A DNA stretch of 64,000 nt from Magallana gigas (Eukaryota), in NCBI RefSeq assembly GCF_963853765.1, contig NC_088857.1:3596001-3660000 (forward strand), written 5' to 3'. The notes below the pieces were generated by a model. The model made no database searches. It was not told the origin of the DNA and saw only the letters and a list, made by a program, of their open reading frames with translations. Positions 1 through 11,521 of the stretch are shown one piece after another; the first letter of the stretch is position 1, and the number at the start of each line of letters is the position of its first letter. Made by a program: the position numbers and the translations under genes.

Positions 1-806
1 AACGCGGACGTGTTCGAAATTCTGAAAATAGCGGACATGTACTGCCAGACCCGGCTGTTGACGATGTGCGAATACTGTGTCTCTAGGAAGGCCCAGTCCT
101 GGACTCTCAGGAAACGCGCCGACCTTGTGTTCCAGGTCCTGCTTTGTGTTCAGGTAGGTCAAGGTCACATGTCAAGGACGGTCAATTACAAGTTGGTTTC
201 TAATCAGGTAAAATTACTTCGTGGCGAACCACGGCAAGAATGTACAATCCTCTACCATCAGGCCGGGTAACAGATAGATAATCAGACTCCAGACCATTGG
301 TTGAGACATGATTAGGTTATTTATTTTCTCCAAATTTATTTTCTCCAAGAGCTCATGCACACTGACACCTAGACAATATCTCTCAAGATTAAATAAAGAT
401 TAGGTTTTATCATAACGACTCTCTAGGATAGACTTGTTGCTTCTTATGTGATCCATAATTTTGATTTGTTTGAAAATGTACTAGTATTAGATATGTAAAT
501 AGACTACAAGCCTGATATGTTCATCCTACATCTATAGAAGATTGAGAATAAAAAATGTGATTTTTATTCATTTTTATATACAATGTCTTTTATTTATTTC
601 AGCCATTCAACACGGTGAATTTGATCAACTGGTGCCTGTTTGAGTTGTCCAATCACACGGACAAAGTGAGAGCACACAAAGACTATGGTAAACTGAGCGA
701 GGAGAACCGTAGAGCGGTGGAGGCCCGGGGGCCGCTCCAGGGGGGCAGGGACAAGCGCACAACCCACGAAAACCACTCCTACAGAAAGAACTGCGTGATC
801 CTCTAA
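1..806 (+). CDS. 3' end (last two coding exons) of a diverged RhoBTB-like BTB protein with C-terminal CAAX (CVIL)
   Basis: Exons 1-153 (NADVFEILKIADMYCQTRLLTMCEY...LLCVQ|gtaggt) and 603-806 (ag|PFNTVNLINWCLFELSNH...KNCVIL*). The phase-0 intron falls at the same position as the LLTSQ|[14 protein letters not shown] junction in the two RhoBTB genes downstream. The gene start lies outside the window. Confidence 0.8.
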
Positions 807-1567
807 AAACCAAAGCGTCATACTAAGTATGAATACATTTGGATCTTTAAAAAAGTCTCGTTTTTTAAATTCAAACATTTTGTGATGTTTATGACGAAAT
901 ATAAGTGAATAGCAAAGACATGGTTGCATGACATGTGAAAAATGTGCCACATTCTCACTTAAAGAACCCACCAATATCAATGTAATGCGTCATACATGCC
1001 ATAAATGGACACTTAAAACGCAATGCGTCTGGGCGTCACCCGTCACTTACTTCGAGGCTTAACGCATTGCGTCACTCGCATAATGTAACTTCATTTTACG
1101 AGGAAATAAAATTCCTGTCTTTTCTGAATCATTTAATCCGGTTATAAACTCATGGGATCCCGCATGTTTTACTTAATATACTGTTTTATTTATGCTGGTA
1201 TCACGTGGTAGCGGATGTCTCCAGAATGTTCATTCAGGAATCTCCTTTCAAGGCAGCCTATTCCAGGAACTTTATTTATGATTTTATGTCTATTTATTGA
1301 TTACTGTGTATCTATTATTTATTTATGACTTAGGGTATTTATCAATGCAGTCATAATGGATTCCTAGAAAAGCGTTATATAGTATTCAGAAGAATTGTGT
1401 TTTAAAAAATATCAATATTTTATTGAACTTACGTATATGTCAAACATGATTTGCATGTTTACATAAAAAGTGAGATACGCATACAAATGGTATGCAATGA
1501 TCATATATGAGTATCGGCATTATGACTTTGTTCACTCGTGAGGCAATATTACGGCCCGTGTTCTGTT

Positions 1568-3066
1568 TTAGGTGGTACATGAGGACTTTGGTTTTTGGTA
1601 TGGGGTATTAACTTCCGGTCTCTGGAAATAGTCTCCGAGAACCTGTTAAAAAAATTGAAAAAAAATCTCTTAAGAGATAAAAAATTGCTTAAGAAATTCT
1701 TCATAATTTTTACATGTACTTACCATATTTATATATATATCATCAATGGCATTTTTACTAATATGCCATTGGTTTTCCATTTGTTTAATCTTAAACCAAC
1801 CGCCCAATAAATGAACCAGAACTATTCAAACTTATTTAGTTCCTTATTTCTAAGGTGTTTTTTTTAAATCCAACGTGTTGCAAGATGAGTTACCTTTTTG
1901 CCTCTATAGAAGCACTGGTTATCGAAGCCCGACAACTTGGCTTTGTTTCTGAATTTGGCGCGAACACTCGGGTTTCTCCAGTCTATCTGGTTTATCATGC
2001 TGTTTAGTCGATTCATTTGACCCTGAGAGTGATGGTCAACCTGCTTTAAATATGACGTCATCTGGTCTATTTGGAAATCCGAAGGGGCGTCATGCGCCGG
2101 TGAACTCAAACAAGCATCGACCTTGACCTTTGGATAGTACATTAGGAAGGACAGGCACATTTCCTCTCTGATCCCTAATCCACCCTGTAGATAATCAAAC
2201 AGACGAAACAATTATTGTAACTGTCATTAAAACGACGACAAAATTATAATATTATTGTACTGGTTTTTTTTTAAAATGTTTACAAAAGATGTTTTATCAT
2301 ACCATGGTAACGTTCGTGCGGTTCATAGACTGGTAATTGCATTCGATGATCAAACTGTCACCCTGTATAACATGAGAATATGTTTTATGTCTCTTCAACA
2401 AAATTGGGCAATATCAAATGTGTATGCGTTCTGCTGATAGCAATAAAATGGCAAAATCTCCAAACCAAACTATAATTATTAAATTCCCTGTAGAAATAAT
2501 CTCTTTGTTTATTATGTCGAATGCTTCTTTTAATGCTGACTAATACATTTATAAATATTACACTTCAATCGAAGATGTTCTGGTAAAAAACAAATGATTT
2601 TGTGACCTTGACTTTCCTAACACAGTACCTTGACTCGGTTCCTCATCTTAACTTAAGCTCAGTTTAAGGAAACACCAAAGATGATTAAACATGATTGAAA
2701 CTTTGATCTGCCTTTTGAACTTGACGTCACATAATTCTTATTTTGGTTTTACCTTAGATTCAAAGCTTTTAAAAACAATTTCACCAAACTCCATTTGCCG
2801 AGAAATAAACCGATCCGTCTTTTGAAATATTAATTATGAGGTGATAAAATACGGTCGGCGTAAGATCAGAACCAATAAACCCAACGGGCTTTTTGATACA
2901 TTTGATCACGTTTGACCGTTCTTGACCACCTCATACATGTAATATTCAAAGAATGAATCTTTATCATCCCCTCGCGCAACTTGTTGCTCCGTTTTGCGGT
3001 GCCCTTGTTACTTATATTTTTCATATTTTTCATTGTTCATCATTCATTTTTAGCTCACCTGAGCCA

Positions 3067-3098
<32 letters not shown>

Positions 3099-3200
3099 GT
3101 CCGTTGTCTGTCGTTGTCGTAGTCATCGTCGTTGTTGTCGTCGTCGTTGTAAACTTTTCACATTTTCATCCAAATTTGGCACAAAGCACCACTAGGTGAT

Positions 3201-3237
<37 letters not shown>

Positions 3238-6200
3238 CTTTAAAGGGGAGATAATTGAGAATTATTGAAAATTTGTTGGTATTTTTCAAAAATCTTCTTC
3301 TCAAAAACTAATCGGCCTGAAAAGCTTAAACTTGTGTGGAGGCATCCTCAGGTAGTGTAGATTCAAGTTTGTTCGAATCATAGTCCCCGGGGGTAGGGAG
3401 GGGCCACAAGAGGGGGATCAAGTTTAACATAGGAATATATAGAGAAAATCTTTAAAAATCTTCTTCTCAAAAACTAATAGACCAGAAAAGCTAAAATTAA
3501 AATGGTAGCATCCTCAGATAGTGTAGATTCAAGTTTGTTCAAATCATGGTCCCCGGGGGTAGGGTGGGGCCACAATTGGGGGATCAAGTTTTACATAGGA
3601 ATATATAGAGAAAATCTTTAAAAATCTTCTTTTAAAAAACTATTAGGCCAGGAAAGCTCAAATTAAAATGGAAGCATCCTCAGATAGTGTAGATTCAAGT
3701 TTGTTCAAATCATAGTCCCTGGGGGTAGGGTGGGGCCACAATTAGGGGATCAAGTTTTACATAGGAATATATAGAGAAAATCTTTAAAAATCTTCTTTTA
3801 AAAAACTATTAGGCCAGAAAAGCTAAAATTAAAATGGAAGCATCCTCAGATAGTGTAGATTCAAGTTTGTTCAAATCATAGTCTCTATGGGTAGGGTGGG
3901 GCCACAATTGGGGGATCAAGTTTTACATAGGAATATATAGAGAAAATCTTTAAAAATCTTCTTTTAAAAAACTATTAGGCCAGAAAAGCTAAAATTAAAA
4001 TGGAAGCATCCTCAGATAGTGTAGATTCAAGTTTGTTCAAATCATAGTCTCTATGGGTAGGGTGGGGCCACAATTGGGGGATCAAGTTTTACATAGGAAT
4101 ATATAGAGAAAATCTTTAAAAATCTTCTTTTAAAAAACTATTAGGCCAGGAAAGCTCAAATTAAAATGGAAGCATCCTCAGATAGTGTAGATTCAAGTTT
4201 GTTCAAATCAAAGTCCCTGGGGTAGGGTGGGGCCACAATTAGGGGATCAAGTTTTACATAGGAATATATAGAGAAAATCTTTAAAAATCTTCTTTTAAAA
4301 AATATTAGGTCAGGAAAGCTCAAATTTGAGTGGAAGCGTCCTCAGATAGTGTAGATTCAAGTTTGTTCAAATCATAGTCTCTGTGGGTAGGGTGGGGCCA
4401 CAATTGGGCGATCAAGTTTAACATAGGAAATATATAGAGAAAATCTTTAAAAATCTTCTTCTCAAAAACTATTAGGCCAGGAAAGCTCAAATTTGAGTGG
4501 AAGCATCCTCAGATAGTGTAGATTCAAGTTTGTTCAAATCATAGTCCCTGTGGGTAGGGTGGGGCCACAATTGGGGGATAAATTTTATACAGGAATATAT
4601 AGAGAAAATCTTTAAAAAAATTCTTTTAATAAATATTTGGCCAAGAAAGTTCAAATTGGTGTGTAACCATCCTCAGATAATGTAGATTTAAGTTTGTTCA
4701 AATCATGGTCCCTGGGGGTAGGGCGGGACCACAATGGGGGATGAATTTTTATAAATAGAGAAAATCTTTAAAAATCTTCTTCTCAAAACTATTAGGCCAG
4801 GAAAGCCCAAATTTGAGTGGAAGCATCCCCAGATCATATAGATTCAAGTTTGTTTAAATAATAGTCCAGGGGTAGGGTGAGGCCACAATGGGGGATGAAT
4901 TTTTACATAGGAATATATTGAGAAAATCTTTAAAAATCTTCTTTTTAAAGACTATTTGGCCAGAAAAGCTTAAAGTTGTGTACAGGCATCCTTGGGTAGT
5001 GTAAATTCAAGTTTTCAAAATCAGAGTCCCTAGTGGTAGGGCGGGGCCATGATGGCGGTTTGAATTTTTACATAGGAATATATAGAGAAAATCTTAAAAA
5101 ATAATCTGGGAAAGTTTTCAGTACAAAACTCAGTACTATGTGTGAAAGCACAGGTTATGCAGATTTAAGTTTGATGAAACCATGATTCCCTAGAGAAAAG
5201 TGGGGCCACGAAATGGGGGGTAGGGGTATATAGGATAGAGAAAAATCTTCTTACAGGCACAACAACAAAAGGGGCTTGGTATTTACCAAAAAAAAAGAGG
5301 TGGATAAAAATTTGCAGATTTTCAATTTTTTTTTAGCAAGATCTACTGTACTTAGTTGTCAAGATATTTTGATACTGTAATGCTAATTTGATCAGAATTA
5401 AGGCAATTGTTGCTCAGGTGAGCGATGTGGCCCCTGGGCCTCTTGTTAATTATTGGAATTTTTACGTTATTTACATGTTGTATAACTATGCAAATCCCGC
5501 GTGCACCAAGCATTACGCAATTTTCGTCATTGATGAACTGTATTGAACCATACTTTACGATTCGTGGTGTTCACAGACAAAGATACTTCTCATGAAATGT
5601 AAATATATAACTATAAAAAACAACTTGTGAGAAAATACATGTTGCACTTTTTATCATGTTGCAAAACAAATATAAAAAATTAGGATTAATAATCTTATAC
5701 ATACATCCAGTTTCTAATTTCTAAACTGTTCTAAAATATTTACCGATTTGATTGTAATTTCCTTTTGCAGTACGTTAGCTGCTTGATAATTGAAGTCGTA
5801 ATTTTCATCGTTAGCTATCGGTGGCCGCTCGACTCCATTGCGGATAAGTTTGGTCTTCATGCCCCTAGCGAGTAGATGAGAGTGGTGGAAGAGCGCGAAC
5901 ACTTTAATTTCGTCTGTAGCGTTTGGTAGTCCCTAAAACGAAAATGTACGACTAGCATCAGCCGGCGATTATATGTTAATATTTACATCTACCATGTATA
6001 ATTTCCTCTTTTTCTTACGGAAAAATATAGTCAATTCATAGCTCTATAGAAACAGCCAAACTGAAATTTACACGCCCCATTTATCGATTGGTTGAAATCT
6101 ACAGCGGCTGAAAGTGACAGGACTGAAACTGACACGCCCTGTTTATCGATTGGTCTGAATCTACAGCTACCTTCATATCCCGAATGAATCACCAAAGAAA

Positions 6201-9200
6201 GCATTTTATTGTTTAATAAAATCTTATGATAGATTTTGATATTAAAATATCATAATTCATTTAAAATGCAAAAAATGTCAACTCATATTAACTTAGTTCC
6301 CTTTGCATATTTAGAAACGAACATATTTTTACATTGCTTTTTTGTCTACAGTACAACCTAACCATATCAGAGCTAAGGTCTATTATTAGTTTATTTATAA
6401 CTAATTATGATAAGCTACGACATGTTAGGTTTGCAGAATGCAACTGACCAATTTAAGACATTCCATTGAGCAAATGCCTTCAGACAAGAAACTGTCCTCG
6501 TGAGGTGGAATAAACTGAGTAAGAGTTATCTCCATCCCTGTCTCCATGACACCAGCCTCGTGCTGACGTAATTGATTGGTATAGAATATTCGAATGCCGG
6601 AATTATCCCAGATATCTGAAAAGTATACAATAGTTATACTAGTATAAGGAATTCTTGTTTTTCTGATTCATATTTCGCCCTTTAGACATTTATTTGTTAC
6701 AGGTCGACTTACCATCTCTGAGGTCGGGGTTGGAATAATGTGTCTCCATTACAAAGAACGATGGGTCTCCCTCGGCTCCAAGAGACAGACCGGTGTGTTC
6801 AGGCCAAATAAAGGACTGTAAAAACATAATTTGAATCCATTTTTTTTATAAGAGGAATTGGGCACCTTACAATAACTCCAAAAGGACATGATCTGATTCA
6901 TGTCATATTTACTGTGTTAGGGCCAGTGGCAAAATGAATTTTCGAACCATCTATTAATGACTACCCACCCCGGCACCTATCTCGTACATGAGGAACACCG
7001 AGCGGCATTCGGGTCGGTAGTCCGTGGTAGCCGCGTAGCAATCGTAGTCCATGTGGGCGTACTTCGGCTCCTCCCCCCGACAGCGGTATAATACAACATG
7101 GTGGACGATCTTCTCATTCCCTGGGGTTACAACCGGATCATACTGGAATAATTTCGATAAATGAACCATAAAAAAGCGAGCTATTGGTGTCACTGATACA
7201 GCTGTTTGTATGCCGTGTTGTTACTCACTCTAATAACATGGCGTTTCCCTCCTATATCGGGCATGTTGAATGTAGTACAGTGGTAAAAGGTGTCTCTCGC
7301 TGGGAGATTAATCTCGAAAACAAAAAACAGAATATCTAACATCAATTGACAACAAAAAGCTGCCCAGTGTTCTTTAAAATTTTTAATATTGACACTCGAA
7401 AAATCAACAAAATTTGACAGATTGCCAGAAAGACAAACCATGTTGTTTGTGTTATTGAGTATATGCATTTGTTTTACAGTTGCTTACAGTTTAATGCTTA
7501 CACGATGATTTCTCTGTTGTTGAATAAGGACCACGACTTTTGCCATGTAGTATAGTATTTGCACTTTGATGCATACCATGTTGTTTAGCCATGTTACAAT
7601 GATTTTGCTTTTTGATATATATACCACGTTGTTTTGGCCGCGTTGTGATGTTTTGCCTTTGAATGCATACCATATTATTTTTGCCATGCTATAATGTTTT
7701 GTATTTTAAAATGTACCATGTTGTTTTGCCGTTGTATGATGTTTCGTTTTTGAATACGTACTATGCTGTTTTGCCGCGTTATAATGTTTTGCCTTTGAAT
7801 ACATACCATGTTGTTTTTGCCGTTGATGCCGTTCAAGAAATCAAAGTGTTGCACGTCGTCCGGGAGATCGGGGATTTTGGCGCGTGACTCCAGCAGACGG
7901 ACACTTTTGAACCCCCTCCTGGACCCCCCGTGGTAGATCAGTCTGTCCTCAGACACAGGATCGTCTGGGTGGTAGGCATACAGGACACGCACCGTATCCT
8001 CCTGTAATCAACCACACAGGACACGTATTGGCTGGGGCTTTTATTATTGATTTCGGACATACTGATTCTAAAACAAAAACTATTACTTTGATTGAAACAT
8101 CGGAAACGGATCTTTGTCGCAATTTGTCTAAAAGTTCCGGTTTTTTTAAATAAATCATATGCACTGCACACAGAATGTTTCTGTTTGATGGGGTTTTGAC
8201 AAACAGACACATTATGATATGCACTTTTACATGTAACAATCGTTCTATATATTTCATCCGAGTATATTAACTATCAAAGAGCTATTATTTACAAAAGATG
8301 GGGAACTTCATTGCTATGTCATGTTGTAAATTTTGAATTTACCGGGTGGCAGTAAATACAAAATTTACAACATGACAATTTGTAAATTTTGTATTTACTG
8401 CCACCCGGTAAATTCAAATTTTACCACATGACAGCTACACGAAGGATCATGAAATAACAATTAGGAATTTTACTATTTTTGTTGTTTTACCACAATTAAC
8501 ACAATTTCAAAGTCCGGCAAATGATACCCTATATACATCATATTTAAAAATAGCTAAATGAAAACAAAATGTAAATTCAGAAATAGAAAAAAATCAAGGT
8601 TAAAGACAGAGAAATAGATAGTCGAAAAGTGAGATAATGAGACCAAGGGTAATAATTCTGGTAAACTTTAAGCTGTTCTCACAGAAATCACAAAATCCTT
8701 GGAGTCGCACGTATCCAGGAGCCGGGAAAACTTCAGGATGGTTCCGAACTCGTTCTCCTCTGCCCTCAGGAGCTGGTAGTCCTGGGCCTCGTCCTTTTTG
8801 GGAGGGTAGTAACTAGAGCTAAAACGGTCCTTTATGAAATAGTAAAGACAGCCGTTATTACCTCACATACATGGAAATGGTATTCCTTATGATGGTTAAA
8901 GTTCAACGAGTCTCCACTCATACTTTGTATATATATGACGTTTTTGTTGGGGTATATTTGATTTTTTTCCTATGTTTTTTTTTTTTACTTTTTGCCATGT
9001 AAACTAAGCGTTAAGTCATTTGTCTAGTATTGAACATGTACATAAATGATTTCAAGTTGGTTGCTTTCAAATCCTAAAGTTTCTCCATTATAATGATAAG
9101 AATTTCATACCGTGAACACGATGGATCCGTCAGACTTGACCCACCCAGTGACCATATCGGCGGGGTACATACGTCCCGTGGGGGACAGTCCCAACCCCAG

Positions 9201-9404
9201 CCAACCGTGGGTCTTGGCGTGGGCCTCGAAAGTGATGTGGGTAGTGTTGAATTTCCAGAAGAGGAAATATTCTCCGTTTCCGGAGAGATCCAGCATGTAG
9301 TCAAACTGTTCTGTGGCGGTGGGTCTGTACGGACAGTCATTGCCCAGGGAGGGTGTCCCCGAGAGGAGCAAGCCAAGACTGAGTAAGTATAGTGACCGAG
9401 GCAT
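1568..9404 (-). CDS. MOXD1: DBH-like monooxygenase (MOXD1-like; DOMON plus copper type II ascorbate-dependent monooxygenase domains), 11 exons, ~592 aa
   Basis: Exons 9404-9111, 8829-8683, 8001-7807, 7312-7229, 7142-6969, 6815-6713, 6615-6449, 5932-5744, 2362-2303, 2184-1894 and 1642-1568 join in frame (1779 nt). Signal peptide MPRSLYLLSLGLLLSG; DOMON motif GWLGLGLSPTGRMYPADMV; copper ligands VHHVVLY, METHY, FHHSHLL and EEMC. An in-frame upstream ATG lies at 9467. The symbol reflects family membership; orthology was not tested. Confidence 0.9.
2820..2965. mobile_element. Degenerate copy of a short palindromic MITE family (other copies at 24718-24840 and 35134-36553)
   Basis: Shares the motifs attatgaggtgat and cacctcata...atattcaaagaatga with the other two copies. 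Confidence 0.55.
3047..5447 (+). mobile_element. Non-autonomous Helentron/HINE (DINE-1-like) element with a central ~166-bp satellite array, in MOXD1 intron 8
   Basis: 5' end tttttagctcacctgag followed by a gtcgt-type microsatellite. 3' end has the inverted sub-terminal repeat ctcaggtgagc, then the hairpin ggcccctgggcc and tcttgtt. Inserted in T-rich sequence. Confidence 0.8.
3200..5180. repeat. Tandem satellite array, ~166-bp unit, about 12 copies
   Basis: The motif gtgtagattcaagtttgttc recurs at ~3355, 3521, 3687, 3853, 4019, 4185 and onward (166-bp period). Units are more degenerate at both edges. Confidence 0.95.
7531..7830. repeat. Degenerate ~45-46-bp minisatellite (~7 copies) spanning the MOXD1 exon 3 donor site
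   Basis: Units of the form taccatgttgttttgccg...gcctttgaatrca begin at ~7574, 7622, 7668, 7714, 7759 and 7804. Confidence 0.85.
8317..8433. mobile_element. 117-bp fold-back MITE with TGT...ACA ends and a 4-bp TSD (GCTA), Ginger-like
   Basis: Near-perfect ~55-bp inverted arms (tgtcatgttgtaaattttgaatttaccgggtggcag...). gcta flanks both sides, at 8313-8316 and 8434-8437. Confidence 0.7.
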
Positions 9405-10802
9405 TGTCAAAGTTTGTGGTCTGAGAAACAAGCGTAGAATGATGGAACATCCCAAAGCTGCGGACATTCTATCGTCTAGACTAGAGATCTGATTGGACGA
9501 AAAATTGTTGACATATAGGCCAATGTGTGCATGTACGTCACATGACCGCTAGTTGATTCGGTCATCCATACCAAGTTGATTTTGGACTTTCTATTCTAAG
9601 TTTAGCAAAAGAATTACATTTGGAAATCACACTTAGACATTTTAGTGCCGGACATGCTGAATTTCGTACGCTGAATTGTTAGTAAATACTAAGATCGATG
9701 TATGTATGTTTTCAGAGATTTGCTTCACTTTTGCAACTGAACTATTAGTTACATATTTAATTCTGATTTTTACAATATTTGAGGGAAGGGGTCAAGGACA
9801 TATTGGGACCAGGAATCAGAACGTACTAGTTCTAGTGACAACATAACCTGAATTTCAACATACGTACCGGAAAAAGACCCAATATCGGGCTGTGTCCTTG
9901 GAGAATTGTGACGTCTTGTTTGCTCTGTACTTTGAGTTTTCTTTGATCTGTTTGTTCTAATTGTGGGGTTTTTTTTAAATACTAGTAATTTCAGAATTAC
10001 TAGTCCCAATGCCGGGACAATTACAAAAATCAGATACTTGTAATTCATTTTAAATCGCTGAGATGCAATATTCTGAAGATGTTAGTAGTGTTCCAAATCC
10101 GTCCGCTCCCGATTTTACTTAAATCTACACTCTGAAGAATTGCCTAAGTATCAGTAATTACAAAATAAGCTTAATGTGTTGTCTTGTTGTTTAAATGTTG
10201 TCTGTTAACTAATATTTCCGAATATTAAATGTTTTTGTTGCCGCGAGAGGATCCGCACAACCTGACTACGACTCTGTTATACTGGTCGGAAGTTTATCTT
10301 CAATGAAGAGAAATGAAATAAATAAAAAACAGGAAAACTTTTTATCGGATTATATCTGATAAAGAAGAAGCATGTATGTAATTAATTTCGATTATTTAAA
10401 AAGAAAGTAGCTATGTGCGAGTCAGTATCTGAGGTTTTATTGGGCCTGTATATTTGTTGCCGTCAATCAAAAACCTTTTTCACCAATAACAGTGGCTAGA
10501 ATTGTGTCCTGCATTGGTTAGATTGTATTGATATACATATCCGAAACAAAATCATTCATTTTACAGTGTCCGTAAAAATGCTCTAAAATTTAACAAGGTG
10601 GCAGTTTCATGCCGTTCTGACTCGATAAAACCTTAAGATAACTGTAAAGAAACAAGCGCTCATCCTTTGGCTTAATTGTTCATAATCCTCTAGTGTACAC
10701 CACCGGGAAATGACCATAATTACCCTGAGACAGCGGACCAGACATGTGAACTAACGGGTTGGGGGGGGGGTTGTATAGGATGACCAATCCATGCAACAGC
10801 TG

Positions 10803-11138
10803 CAGGCACGAAGCATCGGGGGGGGGGGGGGGGCAGCAACAATTTTTTTCAAATATACATATAAAAAATTGAATTATCATGGAGTTGGCCCCCCCCCCCC
10901 CCCACTTTTTAGGAAGTATGTAAAAAAAAATTGATATGAAAATAAGGGAATGAGGAGTGAAATTGAACTTATATTCTACCCCCCCCCCCCCTCCCCACGG
11001 ATTAGGATTTTGAAGATTTAGGGAAAGTTCAAATTGCCCCCTTTTTTTTCTTTTTTTTTTTGCTTGTCAAGATTTTTTGGATGAGTCTGGCCCCCGCCCC
11101 CCCCCCCCCCCACTTTCAAAAACGATGCTACGTGCCTG
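10803..11138. mobile_element. 336-bp MITE with 16-bp TIRs and a 5-bp TSD (AGCTG)
   Basis: Left end caggcacgaagcatcg versus right end reverse complement caggcacgtagcatcg; agctg at 10798-10802 and 11139-11143; internal poly-G/poly-C tracts. Confidence 0.75.
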
Positions 11139-11521
11139 AGCTGTACAAGGCAAGGTCCATATTATCTTAAATTCACACGAGCAAAGGGGGGGGGGGGGGG
11201 TATAGAATAATCAATACAAACAATGCAAGACTGTAGATTTCTCTGATGTAATGCGCGACAACACGAAAATCATAAAAGTATACAACAAGCAAAATCATGT
11301 TCCATCAATTCTCTCCATGATGTAACATACATGGACACAAAATAATACACGAAAATAGTAACAGTATACAAACAGTAAACAATTTGATATCTCTTCATAG
11401 ATTCTTTATTAAAGCTCTTTACCACTTGGACCTTTTGTATATTTGTGTTTTAAATAGAGTTTGTAAACCTTCCCTGAGAGATATTTTAGCGATCCTTTAT
11501 TATACGAGGTATGTTTTGCGT

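Noticed and set aside
594-980. 128-aa minus-strand ORF
   Set aside because: Antisense shadow of the BTB gene's last exon and 3' UTR; no recognisable domain.
3200-5180. Regularly spaced repeats superficially like a CRISPR array (also 15850-16820 and 60049-61119)
   Set aside because: Units are contiguous tandem copies without unique spacers, in a spliced eukaryotic context with no cas genes.
9405-9467. Upstream in-frame ATG extending MOXD1 by 21 aa
   Set aside because: The downstream ATG at 9404 directly precedes a typical signal peptide; the extension cannot be assessed from sequence alone.
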